DNA of 52,157 nt, filler included, from Bipalium vagum (Eukaryota), in assembly GCA_037834085.1 (NCBI GenBank). It is 3 parts of 3 records of this genome, joined end to end, with 100 filler letters (N's around TTAATTAATTAA, not from the genome) between each part and the next. Parts side by side here need not be neighbours in the genome. Positions count along the whole stretch, not along the records: positions 1 to 16,842 come from JBBMKC010090857.1; positions 16,943 to 35,780 come from JBBMKC010017550.1; 1 more part is not named here. One strand, written 5' to 3'. The number at the start of each line of letters is the position of its first letter. Positions within the stretch are counted from its first letter, which is position 1. The notes beneath the pieces are model-generated. The model was not told where the DNA came from. It made no database searches and saw only the letters and a list, made by a program, of their open reading frames with translations. Positions 12,660 to 25,600 of this stretch are shown here, piece by piece. A program made the translations under genes and the position numbers.

Positions 12660-13430
12660 TGACAGTCTGGTTATGAAAAAAAGATCATACTTTTCCATGA
12701 GGTGTGACAGGGGAAGAATTCTGCTGTCATACATATGATCTATTATTAACTACTCTCGTTATCCAGTGTTTAACTATAGTGGAAAGCAAATCAACATAGG
12801 CAACTGAATTCAACCTGAGACTATTAAAAAAAAATCTGGAGGCATCACGTCATCCTTGAAGGCGACACATCCAAAAACCGTGACAGTTTGGGGGAAATTA
12901 GTCTGCATAATTTGAAGAGTATCTTTTACATCTGTTCTGTGTGTTTGACCTGAAAAAAGTTTTTATCATCCGAAAAGAACCAGATTTTTTGTTTCTGTAG
13001 GATGTTTCAATTTGCTGAGAAGTTTCTTTGCCTTTGTTAGAGATTTTTCCTGTCTTTTTGGGTAAGAAGCTGTCTTCTGTGACGGTTGTATGAATAGTAA
13101 CAAAGGTCTTTATTGAATGCCGGCTACATAATAGATATATGAAACATTCAATTCACGCGACAAAGCCCAAATTCTGATACTAGGATCATCCAATACTTTG
13201 TTCTGTAGATATCAATGAATTCAACAGTCCCAGCGCAATCAGATCATCTGCTATGTTACCTTCGTTCTGCACAGCTTCGTAGTCTCCATTGCACTTCTCC
13301 AGTTCTAGCCAAATTATTTTCAGTATTCAGGGAGCACTAAGCAGCGATCACAATTTCTTTTTTTTAGCCGACTAGAATCATCATAATACAAGTTATTCGC
13401 TTGCATTTTTCAGGTGGGTTCTAGTCATCC
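12660..13430 (-). mobile_element. maT/DD37D-like transposase remnant
   Basis: Minus-strand fragments IWFFSDDKTF, DVMPPDFF, LRLNSVAYVDL and QQNSSPCH-like, with many frameshifts. Confidence 0.55.
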
Positions 13431-13559
13431 TTTTTATTTGTATTTGATATAAAAAGAGATTAAACTTTTACAGAAAGCGTAGTTTATGTAAACATATAAT
13501 ATTATAAAGCGTATAATAAAAGATTTGTACTTATTAGTAGATTATTAGAAAGAATTTGA

Positions 13560-13950
13560 TGATCTTTGAAAAGCATAGAGAAGAGATTTAAAATAATTAT
13601 ATGATGTGAATACACAAGCATGAAAGTGCGAAATATTTCTTTGGTTGCAGATGTTAGCAAGTCAACTTTATCACGTCTAACTAACACGCCAATGCGTTTA
13701 TCCAATGACTAACAAATTTGTCTCCTTCACTCGTAGATAACGGGTGGTCGTAAAATTCTGGAGTATCATTTCAGAGTTTATGTTTGATCCCAATGCCTCA
13801 TGCGCAAAAATATCACTTTTAAAGATACGTAAAGACTCTTGACTGTTGGAAAAAAAGCCAGAGAACCTACTACCAAAAATAAATTGTTGAACAAAACAAT
13901 AACGTGTAAGCGACTGAAACGGACAAAGCAGTACAAAAGCTGGACCTCAT
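13560..13950 (+). mobile_element. Tc1 transposase 5' fragment
   Basis: VSKSTLSRL, then KLLNKTITCKRLKRTKQYKSWT, matching the Tc1 linker K.LL......KRL.WA..Y..WT. Confidence 0.45.
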
Positions 13951-14674
13951 CACACCCAACAATCTGCTACTATTTTTTTGTATTTTTGGATATGATGAAC
14001 TCATTAATATTTCGGATATGAAATATATTCTAATCACATAAGATTTGTAAGAATCAATAATTGCGATCCTCAAAATAACTTTTACCGTGAAAATAAATTA
14101 TTTAGATAACAATTAATAACTTACGTGGTGCGTGTATTCTAAATACCCGGACTAGATATGAAAATATAATTGGAAATTGATAATTTGATTGATTTGAAAA
14201 CACAGTTTATAACGAATGTCTAATTGATTCTTAAACACATGTTTTGTGTAATTTGTTACATGTCACACATTCTATATTGTTTCAAAGGTTATTTTGTGAC
14301 CTATAATTTAGATTAATCAAATGTACTAATCATCACTGTCTCCTAACATACATTCGTATCTACAACATGGTTACTCGTGATGTTGCAAACAAAATTTTAA
14401 CTTCAACATCTCAACTATGCAAAATAGATCTCCTAAATGCTTTGCACAATGCATGATATAGTCGCTATGGTACATATAAGGTCCTTAAGGCCTTTAATTC
14501 CATTGACAATGTGTATGATGGTAGAATCTGCAACGGAGCTTATCCTAATATCAATGGAATAAGTGTAGGTGGTTTGGTTAAAAGCGACAATAGTACCACC
14601 AACAAAAGTCTCTAAAAGACAGCCAAGAAATTCAATGGAGTGATGTGCCACAATAGTAAAACTGCCCCTTTATA

Positions 14675-15420
14675 GAGGGTGGCGCAAAAGTTAATTAATA
14701 AATTTAAAAATTCATAAAAAATAAAATCAATATTTAATTATTTTGAAATAATTATAGATATAAAAATTAATTCCAGGAAATTAATGTCACAAAGATATAC
14801 AATATCTGAACGAACTAAAATTGTGGAATTTTATTTTCAAAACAATAATTTAATAATCCGAACTCAACGTAAACTTTGCAAACATTTCAATGTAAAGAAG
14901 TCACCAACAGCCTTTATGATTATATAATTAATTAAACGTTTCCGAGGCCAGGGCTCCGTAAACGATTTGCAAAGATTGGGAAGACCGTGCCAAACCAGAA
15001 ATAAAGATGTTATTGAACGAGTACGAAAGAGTATTGTGGAGGACCCAGAAACATCAACTAGAAGACGTTCTTTGCAATTAGACATTTCTCGAAATCCTTA
15101 CAACGAATTCTGGTAAGGGAACTAAAACAGACCAACAACAAAGATTAATCTATGTGCGGAAATTTCAAGAAATGGCACTTGCGAATGAAAACTTCCTGCA
15201 GAATTTGATAACGAGTGACCAATCCCACTTTCATCTGAATGAATTCGTCAACAAGCAAAATTATAGAATAAGGGGATCTGAAAATCCAAGGGCTGTTCAC
15301 CAGAGAGAAATGCATTCAATGAAAATGTTTCATATGAAAAGATCATAGGGCCATATTTCTTTGAGGATGTTAATGGGAATGCTGTAACCATAAATGCTGA
15401 GCGATATCACGATATGATGA
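14675..15420 (+). mobile_element. 5' part of a DD41D-like element nested in the mariner
   Basis: TIR ta-gagggtggcgcaaaagt. From ATG 14784: MSQRYTISERTKIVEFYFQNN...GSVND...GRP...DPETSTRRRSLQL (DUF4817-type HTH), followed by ITSDQSHFHLNEFVNKQNYRIRGSENP. Confidence 0.7.
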
Positions 15421-15831
15421 TCGCCTTCACTTTTGTCAGAAAAACATGGATTTCTGGCAAGAATTTGGCTATAGGTTTCTCAAGAACATTGTGATTGTCG
15501 ATGAAACACCTCTAGGCTTCTATAGACCTTCTAAAAAACGAAATTCTCTTGAACGAATACTCAAATTTGAGAGAGCTCCTCGAAAATGTAAATCAGGTTT
15601 GTCTCATCATCGAGCTTTCATGCTTACCATTTTCTAGGATTGAAGTGGACCCATTAAAGTAAATTTTTTGACAAGAACGTCTTGATAAACTTTGCTTTCT
15701 ACTGTGAGCTGATTGCTGAGACAGGTTCTCTACAATGAAATCTCTCTCTAACTATGTCTATTGCAAGATAAAAGTTTTATCTCCTCCACTGCCATGACTA
15801 CTGCTGTTTTTTCTGTTATCTCATATCCGGC

Positions 15832-15955
15832 AAATTGTTCTCACGCTCTGAAAGAAATTTCAGCACCACCTTTTTAAAATGCACACCTAACTCGTTTTAC
15901 AAATGCATTTAAAGGAAGCGGTGCTGAAATTTCTTTCAGAGTGTGAGAACAATTT
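15832..15955. repeat. Long inverted repeat (hairpin), arms about 36-52 bp
   Basis: aaattgttctcacgctctgaaagaaatttcagcacc (15832-15867) pairs with ggtgctgaaatttctttcagagtgtgagaacaattt (15920-15955) at 35 of 36 positions, extending imperfectly inwards. Confidence 0.9.
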
Positions 15956-16842
15956 CTACCGAATGGGGGGTTTGGATCTCGTACATCAGTGGGAGAAGTG
16001 TATCTTGGACAACGACAGTTATATTGAAGAATAAATGTATATATTCTAGTTATTCATTTTTATTAAAACTGGTTACATCAGTGTTGTCTTTCATATTTAT
16101 TCCGAGTATTTAGGATACGTACCACGTACTTAATATCATAAAATAAAAATTCAAAAATCTTGAAATTTAATTTCATCTTTATAATTAGTCTGTAAAAACA
16201 AAATAGACCCACACTGAATTTAATCCATTACATTAAAATAAAGATGATTTTAAAATCAAAAATGTCCGTGACCCGATTAACTTTTTATGAAGGGAAAGGA
16301 AAATACGCTTCTAAAAGAGGTGACATTCGAAAATCGAAAAAGGATAGTTTTACTGCACTATAATACTATAGAAGTTGACTAATTTAAACCTTACAAGATT
16401 GCATGATTTGAAATAGAATTTGTCTTGTCCACTTTATTTCAACCAATTATCACTTTTTCAAATATACTAGTCGACATAATTTAAGAAACAGCTACTAAAT
16501 TATGAAATCCTTTAATAATTTAACTTTTTTTAAATATCCTTTTGTATCGAGTTACAATTTTTCACTTATAAGCACCAATTCATTATTTTTTATTTGATAT
16601 ATAAAATAGAAGTTTAACTTAAAATTAAATTTTTTTTAAAAATATTCATTTGCGACATAATTAAAGAAACATTTTCGAAATTGATTATATTTTTATTTTA
16701 AGTAAATCAATAAGTTTTTTAATTAAAAAATTATTGTTTTTAACTAGAAAAAATGAGAAGTCAAACCGAAATTAATATTATTAAAGCCCTAAAATCAGAA
16801 GGCAAAAGTTTCAAGGAAATATCAGATATCATGAAACTTTCA

Positions 16843-16942
16843 NNNNNNNNNNNNNNNNNNNNNNNNNNNNNNNNNNNNNNNNNNNNTTAATTAATTAANN
16901 NNNNNNNNNNNNNNNNNNNNNNNNNNNNNNNNNNNNNNNNNN
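16843..16942. other. Assembly gap with an artificial six-frame-stop linker
   Basis: 44 N + TTAATTAATTAA + 44 N = exactly 100 nt. Confidence 0.95.
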
Positions 16943-17029
16943 ATAATAATAATAATAGCAAAATATGAAATACTATAAAATAAATAACTTTCTAGTTCAT
17001 TATTAATATGTAAACTGGGTGGGAAGATT

Positions 17030-17700
17030 ATTTCCGTGGCATAGTGATTAAAAGAACAAGAAGCATTGGTTCACAACCTTACTCGTGAAAAAATCAAGAC
17101 AACCTTTAAAGACAACAGGAGTTGTGCACGGATATACCAGTCATTTCCTTACTATAAGCTCGCATGGACTGAAGAGAGTCTTGTCCTGAAGATATTTTCT
17201 AAGACAACCATAAGTCTTGAAAAAGAATTCAAGATCCAGACTCCAGGATCTAACTGAAAGCCATGTGCTCGATCTTTTCCAGGTTGAATAGTTTTTTGAA
17301 AAAAACAACACTTTATTTAATAGAACACTTTGTGACCATTTTCGTTGAAGTTTAAGATTTATCACTTCGTTTAGTATTCTTATTTTCCATCGTCTTTAAG
17401 CTTTCTTTTTCTAGGTTTCCTCTAAAGCGTTATTCTTCGCCAGTCATTAGCAGCAGATTGGTGCTTTTAAAAAGTTACCTGTTTTTGTTTGCCAATCTTC
17501 GGCTGGGCAAGAAATATACTGAAAAAGATAATACCTTCTTACTGAATCCAGAAAGGACTCTTTAAAGCTTCCTCTAAACATCACATACTAGATGTTCCGA
17601 AATCATTCTATATCCTAAGTCATAAAAGCAAACAAAATTATATCGAAGACAAAGAAAAGACCTAGTTTTTGTTTTCCGGGACATACTAATAGGTTTTTTT
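17030..17700 (-). mobile_element. Possible decayed non-LTR retrotransposon fragment (R4/CRE-like C-terminal region)
   Basis: The minus strand reads LQRKWSQSVL...KRSSTWLSV...LQDKTLF, weakly like the post-RT region W...LH...S..WL..G...LQD. Heavily degenerate. Confidence 0.25.
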
Positions 17701-18085
17701 TATATGTGGTGAGTTTCTATAAATAGTCCATACAGGAAAATTTATAAGTGAAACATTAAATATACCTAAATATACCTAAATGTACCTATATAATTTCTAA
17801 ATTTACACCAGATTTATATTCATCCTTCACAATATAAAAAGTTTATATAATAACAAGATAAACAATAAAAACAAAACAAGCCCCACTGCTTTATCCTTTT
17901 CATCCTCCTGCCTTGATCCTTGCTTTCTGGATAATTCAGGATATTATAGTGTGGTAAGAGTAAATTACTATTAGGGTAAAAACTACCAAAATGAAAAATT
18001 TAGTAAAACAATTTTAATTTATTTAGATTAAGATTTTCGCAATATTGATTTTAGACTTTGAAAAACTGCCTATCATTGAATTATC

Positions 18086-19547
18086 TTATATTTTTCAGTA
18101 TAAGAGCCTCTTTTTACCATTACTTGGTCTAAAAATAAAGGGACTCTAATACTCGTGAAGTACAAAAGATTTTGATTAAAAGTGACCATTAGCCTGAATT
18201 GTGTGAAGTTATAATATCAATATTCTTTTTGTGAATTATTTTGATACAAAAATGTCGGAAAATAAAAAGCGTTTCTCATATATTGTCAGTTTTAAGCTCA
18301 AAGTTTTTGAATGCACTGAGATGTGTGGAAATCATGCAACTGAGAACTACTTTAGCCCTCCACCTGCTATACCAATGATCCATCGATAGCATAAGATGTG
18401 CAAAATAGCCAAAATTGAAAAAGAAAATAAAGGGTTGGATTGAAATCCAATGTCCTGTGGAGTTGCAGTCTCAACAAAGATGATCATAGACCATGAAAGA
18501 ATGATTTCAATAGAAATGTAGAATCCCACGATTCTGGTAAGAAGGAAGATGTGTATAATTTTATAAGAAAACCTTAACTTCATGAAAAGGGAAAGCTTTG
18601 GTATAAGAACACGAATAAACTAGCACATACGATGTCAAAAAATATGAGGAAAAATTGTAGACCATCATTCCAATCAATTTACGTAGGAATTTAACTTTGA
18701 GATATCTCAAATTGCAAACATTGATGAGGTATCACTCACGTGTCATGAACCACTCAACAAGACTGTGGATCAGAAAGGAGTTAAGTCAGTAGCCATTAAA
18801 ACAAGTGGTAATGAAAGCCGCATTACACTGTTGCTTTGGCTTGTTGTTGGGCCTAAGTATACATCCCTTGATCATTTCCAAGAGAAAGTCCTTCTCAAAA
18901 AAGTGATCGTTCATATACAAGAGAAAGACTGGACGAATAATGACAGTATGTAAGCCTGGTATGAGAAAGTCTAGACAACGGCTCTGGAGGAATTCTGAAA
19001 AAACCGGCTGTCTTAGTGTTGGATCCGTTTCTTGCACATAAATGAGAAGACAAAGAAGTAGGCTGTCAAATGTAGAACCAAATCGTTAGTAATTCAGGTT
19101 GGTCTTACAAATCAGTAACAGCCTCTGGATTCAAGTCCCAAGTGCGAGAACAATGGAATAATGGAAGCTCAATCCAACTTAACTCTAACAAAAAGGATAA
19201 AGAAACAAACTATTAGTGATGCCTGTAAATGGGTGATAAGGTCCCGGGATGAAATAAAGCAGTCAGTTGTTATCAAGTCTTTCAAAAAGTATGACATCAA
19301 TAATGCTCTGGATAAAATTTAAGATGAAATAATTTACGAAATTAATACATCAGACAGTGATGAAAGTTCTAGTGATCTTAGAAAAACCGACATTGGATAC
19401 TGACAGTTATAAATAGCAATAAAGAATAAATTATATCTCGGAGTATAACTTTTAAAAATATAAATACACATTTTTTTTACAAAATTTCCTTTCAAAAATG
19501 AAGGGAACTTTTATACTCGTAAGGTTCTTATACTTGCAAACATACTG
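18086..19547 (+). mobile_element. Decayed pogo-family (Brinker DBD + DDE_1) transposon
   Basis: MSENKKRFSYIVSFKLKV (Brinker-type DBD) and IANIDEVSLTCHEPLNKTVDQKGVKSVAIKTSGNE.RIT, plus a QPLD-like motif. The right end cttatacttgcaaacatactg-ta is pogo-like. Confidence 0.7.
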
Positions 19548-19842
19548 TATAAAGGATTGATTATACTTAATTAAGATTATATTTATTGAGGTCAATTTTA
19601 TTCACTAATTTAAAAACAGATATTTGTTCAGTGCGTGATTTATGAAGTTTTAAAAAATTTCTTTGCCCCTAGTTTTAAATAGAAAATGTTATGTATATTT
19701 ACCATTTTCATTAGACCTCAATCTAAATATTTATTATATATTTTTACATTTGAATGCATTTATTGAATTTTATTTTCAACATTATTCTTTATAATATATA
19801 TTGTTTTAATAATATAGAAGCAATTAAAATTTGACTCAAGTG

Positions 19843-21252
19843 ATGAGATTCTTTTTAAAGGTACTTAGGGTAACTAATTTTAAATGTGAATTCAAATTAA
19901 ATATAAATAATAAATAATAATAATTTCAGAGAAAACCAAAATCTATTGAAGATCAATTAGAACTTATTAAAGAGGTTATTAATGAAAATTAAATTTGATT
20001 TCATTCTATCCAGTAATTCAGAATATTAAACAAATTGAAGAAAAACGTAAATTAAACTTAAGTAATGAAAAGCATTTGATTGGAACATTTTTGCTTTATT
20101 CTTTTATAACTTATTTTACGTGTGTAACATTCACCATAATTTATTTTAAACCAACAAAAACGATACATTGGTTTCTATATTTCGCGCTATTAATTGCTTT
20201 TCCATTTTTGTAAGTTTCTTAAATGTCTTGAATTAAATTAAATGTTTCTTATTAGAATCTTTTATATTAAAAAAATAATTCATTGGTTTTATATAAGAAG
20301 ACTTGGTTATGTTGGTAAGTGATTCTTGTTTTTAAGCTTAAATTCTTTACTATTCACATATTTTGTCAGTAATCAGACATTTATAATCACATTCAGCTTA
20401 TTTAATGTACATTATAAAAAAATAATAAGAAATATAAACTTTAATTTTCCAGACAAGAAATTAGTGGATTTAAAGAAGAGCCTTAAAAGTTTGGTAAAAC
20501 GAGTATTATATTAATCTAAATGTTTAATGTTAAATGATTAGTTGACGGACGTTATTGAAAAGGAGACGTATAAACGAGCCAATGAATTACTGAACAAGTT
20601 TGACCCGGATTTTGACTTCCGAAATGAATATGAAAATTTCCCTAAGAAAAAACTTCGCTCATCTTCTGACCACAACTCCGATAGCGAATTGGATAAGAAG
20701 AATCTCATTAAAAAATCGGGGAACATATCAGAAACTCTGAAGACGGTTTCCGTTTGTGACTTGAGACCATCAAGAGAATATTTTCAGAAATCAAGTTCAT
20801 ACATTATTTTCTGTTGAAGTTTTTAAAAAATTTTCATGTCTCTTTTCGCAGAACCAGTAGTTGCCTCTGAAATAAAACTTATTCGCCCATTGCTCAATCA
20901 GAATAGAACCGTTATTGATAAGCTTATAGATTTCATAGTCGGCGATGGATTTGACCACAGATACGCTTTGATTTGTAAACATTGTTCTAGTCATAATGGT
21001 ATGGCTTTGGCAGAAGAATTTCCCTTTATTGGTGATAATTTTTACATCTTTATTGTTTCCATAGTAACAAAAATATGTTAAGGATTCAAATGTGCCTATT
21101 GTTTGGGATTCAATACAGCACGGAAAACTAAGCCAGATCCACCGAAAATTTTCAACGATGAACCGATTCCAGAAAGCAAAATACACGGAATAATCATCCA
21201 AAAACGAAAAGGTTTTTCCGATGAAAATATAGTCAATAAAGGTTATTATTAA
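19843..21252 (+). CDS. LNPK: ER junction formation protein lunapark, 320 aa, 8 exons
   Basis: Exons 19843-19869, 19930-19974, 20022-20209, 20256-20314, 20453-20493, 20542-20794, 20852-21031, 21083-21252 (963 nt, in frame). Two TM segments, the VIEKETYKRANELLNKFDPD motif, DKLIDFIVGDG, and the zinc finger RYALICKHCSSHNGMA...FKCAYC followed by FNTARK (LNPARK motif). Confidence 0.93.
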
Positions 21253-21376
21253 GTGATTTTTGTTCCATAAATTTTCCGTAATTTTAGAAATCATTATTTT
21301 GGTTTTTGTAGTTTTATGAAAATGTTGTATATTTTATATATATTAAGTATTTTGTGTTTATTTGTTGGTGTAAATA

Positions 21377-22673
21377 AAGGGTGGTCAAGATTTAATTGCG
21401 CGATATTCAAAGGTAAATAAAATTTGAACTGAATGAAATTTTTTAAAACTTTCTTTGGAAATACAAAGAACACAAATACATATATTTGAATTCAATAAAA
21501 CTACAGTCCTTTATAGCCACCAGTGTACAAATTATGATTGAAATTTGTAAACAGATTAGCACCGCTTTTCTGGGCTACTTCCTTTGAAATCTTCACCCAA
21601 GCAGTCTTAAATTTGCGAATTGTGTCACATTCCTTGTTCAATTCTTTGTACCTTCTCTTGCACAATGCCCAGAAACGCTCTATTGGTCTTTGGTTAGGTA
21701 CAGCTGGTGCATTTCTCTCTGGTTATAAAATCAATTTTATTTTCGTTTAGATTATTGCACACAATTGTAGCATAATGCGAGGTAGCCATATCTGGCCAGA
21801 AGATTACGTCGTGATCTTGTTTCAATTTGTTTATAAATGGAACTAAATGCTTCTTGACCCATTCTTCGAGATAAACTTGCTTGTTAATCGTTCCAGGCGT
21901 GATATAAGGTTCTGAAATTTGACCATCCTGCGTAATTGCCTTCCATACCAAATATTTAGGGTAAAACTTAGATGTTCTCTTTGTTTTAAATTCATTATCA
22001 ATCTCACAATCGCCGACTATGGTGTAATATTCATTACCTTGCACCTGAGATGGATCAACTGGACAGTGTGTTTCATCATCCATAACGAAGAACTTATTAC
22101 CGCCAGATGAAATCAACAGTTTGTACAGTTTTCGAAGTGATCTTTCAGCCCGTTCCTTCCGTTCACTTATTTTGGACCAGTAATCTTCTTCTTAGATTTG
22201 ATTCTCAATTTCTTCTTCGCATTAGCTACACTAGTTTTTGAAATTTTGAATTTAATAGCTGTTGAACGTTCACTGATGTTTGGATTGCGCATATAATGAT
22301 TCTTGATCTTCTTCAGCTGTTTAGCAGTTAACACGGATGGTTGTGGACCTGATTTTTTGGAGTATTCAACTTTATCAGTATCAACATAACGTTTCAACAC
22401 TTGCTGAATTGTTCGCCTTTTGCATCCTTCATCTACGAAGTACTTAATCTTTATCTTTCGATCTCCATTATTGGTCACGAAAAACTGATTAATTCTGTTG
22501 GCCTCATCTTCACACTTTTTTGACTTCATCTTGATAACAATTTAAAAACTAAACTTGTAAATCGTTAAATTGATATAATTGATCTATAATATTCAAAAAA
22601 ATAATGAAAGAAATTTATTATATTTAACACAAAAGCTATTTAAACAATACGCAATAAAACCTTGACCACCCTT
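21377..22673 (-). mobile_element. ITmD37E-like (DD37E) Tc1/mariner transposon, full length (1297 bp), frameshifted
   Basis: 24-bp TIRs aagggtggtcaagatttaattgcg with 2 mismatches and TA TSDs at 21375-76 and 22674-75. Transposase starts at ATG 22529: FVMDDETH, IFWPDMATSHY, and after a frameshift NAPAVPNQRPIERFW. D-to-E spacing is 36 or 37 depending on how the frameshift is repaired. Confidence 0.88.
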
Positions 22674-25600
22674 TAGTACAACTCGGTATTTGTCGCTTTA
22701 TCCCAAGTCTACGTTTCTTGTGTATTCAAGGCTGGACAATAATCTCAATTACAAAAGTTTTTCTAAAATGAATTTTGCGTTTTTTATAAAACTAAACAAA
22801 AATCCTCGCTGTATTATATTTTGTATATTTGATAATTTTTTAAAGTATCCTATAATTTTTTTTGGAATTCTTATCAACTCCAAAATTTAATGAAAATATA
22901 ACAGAACAAAAAATGCGGTTCCATTAGTCTTCATTGAATTTAATCTTTTCAATATTATTCCCAATATTTCTTCAATAGAAATTAACATAATTGTTTCAAT
23001 TCTTTATTTATATACTTGATAAAATTTTTTTTAATTTTATTATATGAATTATTATATATTTTGAATTATAAGAATCTGATATTGATGTATAATTTAATTA
23101 TTTTAAAACATTTAATCGATTTTTCAAATTTCAAAAATAATAGTGATTTTATTATTCATGAAAAATATTCTCTGAATATTTTACTTTTTACTTATTGATT
23201 TTTCAAAAATTATTCACATTGAATTTTTATGAATATTGACATTGATAAAAATAATTTAATCAATTTTGAATCTAAAATTTCCAGAAAATCACTTTTTATT
23301 ATTATTATTTTTATTATTATGAAATTTTAAATTAATTCGATTCCCTGAACGAAAAGTAATTTTAATAAACAAGTGTATATTGATTTTCAGAAATAACGTT
23401 ATTGATTTGATAATAACGGAATTGTATTTTAATTATAAGAAAAATTTGTTCACAATCATGTTAGATCAAATTATTGATATTTTTATTTTTGGAAAGTCTG
23501 ATTAATTGTTAAAGTGGCTCTATGGATATAAATGTCATGTAATGCAAACTGTCACAGTTTTCTCTCAGTGCAAATAGAAGAGTGGGTGACGGCAGTGAAG
23601 TGTGATTAATTCAACATTTTTTATTCGTAAATTAAGACTGAATCCATTTTCCTGTTCTAAATGACACTTCGCCTGTTTTTCTGTTTTTTGCACTTTGATA
23701 ATTAGAACCAATATATATCGAATTTCAATTAAGCGGAATTAATATCTAATTGACTTGTTAGTACCACATTAATTTTTTTATTGATTTAGTGTTAAATATT
23801 GGATTATGATAATCCGAAAATATCAGAAATGTATTGATCCTGTTTTTGGAATGTGCACCCGGTTGTTCTGGTTATTTTTCAAAAGCGTTTTTTTTTCATA
23901 AGTATTTTTAATTGTACTGTACGTATTCTTAAACTACACGATAAAATCAATTTTTCATTGTAAATAGACATGTCTGTTCTTGACTTGTTTATGTTAGAAT
24001 ATATCGATCTTTTTAAATTTCTGTACAATTGATTTTTAATGATCGACAGATTTTCCTATTATTTCTTCCTGAGGAACTCAGTTGTTTTTTGTGGAACACA
24101 TATCTGACCATTACGATGACAGATGATATACAATTTATCTTTTGGTATCAATTGATTGCTGATATTTTCCAATATTTTTAGCACGGACTAAATAATTTCA
24201 GTGGTAAATACTGACAGAAATAATATCAATGATATCTGTTGCGGTGATGTCATATTTATATAAAATCAATATAATCAAAAAACTGAAAGTGTGCACAATT
24301 TTATTGATTATTTTTATTTTTGTCATATCTATTTTTAAAATAAATCTCACATTTATGTACATTATTGTTTTTTTCGACTTATAATGACCGGAACATGTCA
24401 AAAATAAAATTGTTATTATTAATGATTTTGTAAACAAGATTCAAATTTATTTATCAAATGACATTTAAAATAATCAATTAAGAAATTTATCTAATCAATT
24501 TTTTTTCTATATAAATTTAAAAAATGAGCGATTAAATTCTTTTCCATTGGAAAAATTAATTTATTTTTCAATTCGTACAATGAAAAATGTGTAAGTTTTT
24601 TCTTATCGATTAACAATGACCACGAAAATGCATAGGCATTCGTCAAGTCAGTCTATCTGTTGATTAAGCGAAAGACATTATCCAAGTGAAAAGAACTAAT
24701 ACTCTGATATTTTTTCGTTATCGATTTTTAAAATCGATATACTCGGTTCTGATTATAAAAAACTCATTTGTTTTAGAATCGACTGACGTCCCGGTTTTGG
24801 ATTCTGTGATAACTCGCCGACTTCGTAATTCCGGAGACTGTGGCCTTGATTGATCGATTGACTGATTGATGTCATTTCAACGATTGATCTATGAAAATCA
24901 ATAATCTTCGACCATCGCCACCATTGTCATCATCAGCATTGAGAACATACGACTATTTTGCTCTATTTTAAATTTATCTGTTTTTGGGTGTGGTTTTGTT
25001 GTTGAGTGTTGATATTTCATTTCGTCTTGTTAAGAGAAAATAAAACCAAATAAGCCGTGTCGATTTCATCTTTTCCCCTATTTTTCAAGTTGAGAAAAGA
25101 TGATGAAAAATTTAATTTTACCGAATTTTTTCCTTTGGTTTGCAAGTAATTTCAATTGTGTAATGATTCCGGTATTATGGTTTCATGGGGACAATAATAA
25201 TGATTTTTATCTTTAATGAAGTAAAAAGTATATTGAGAGTAAATTATGCAAGTTATTTTCAAGATTTTTATTTGTAGAAAATGTTATAAAATCTATACCA
25301 CGATTCTTATATTTTAATCAGATTTTCAATTCCCGATTTTCAGTAAAAATTTGACTTGCTTAGAGCTTTTGTAAATTATATACTGTAAAATTTTAAATAA
25401 TTAAAGTTTAAATTTAGTTAAGATTAATGATTCTTTCATTTTTTAAATTTATAAATCTTGAATATAATAATATTCTACTTAAGCTTGGGAAACAAAATGA
25501 AAACAATTAATAACTTTAATATTGATTGATTGTATGACCTTTTAATTGCAGAAAACTCAGGAGAACACTCAAACTATTGTGTCCAGAAACTACTAAATTA

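Larger units (their letters stand above)
14124..16126 (+). mobile_element. Irritans-like mariner element containing a nested insertion and a fold-back rearrangement
   Basis: TIRs cgtggtgcgtgtattctaaatacccgga (14124) and the reverse complement of tccgagtatttaggatacgtaccacg (ending 16126), both TA-flanked. Transposase relics NIVIVDETPLGFYRPSKKRNS...MLTIF and LKEAVLKFLSECENNFYRMG..DLVHQWEKCILDNDSYIEE*. Confidence 0.7.

Noticed and set aside
16753-16842. MRSQTEINIIKALKSEGKSFKEISDIMKLS, an HTH-like start
   Set aside because: Probably a Tc1 N-terminus, but it is cut by the gap and too short to call.
20538-21294. Minus-strand 62-aa and 165-aa ORFs
   Set aside because: Antisense to lunapark exons, with no independent support.
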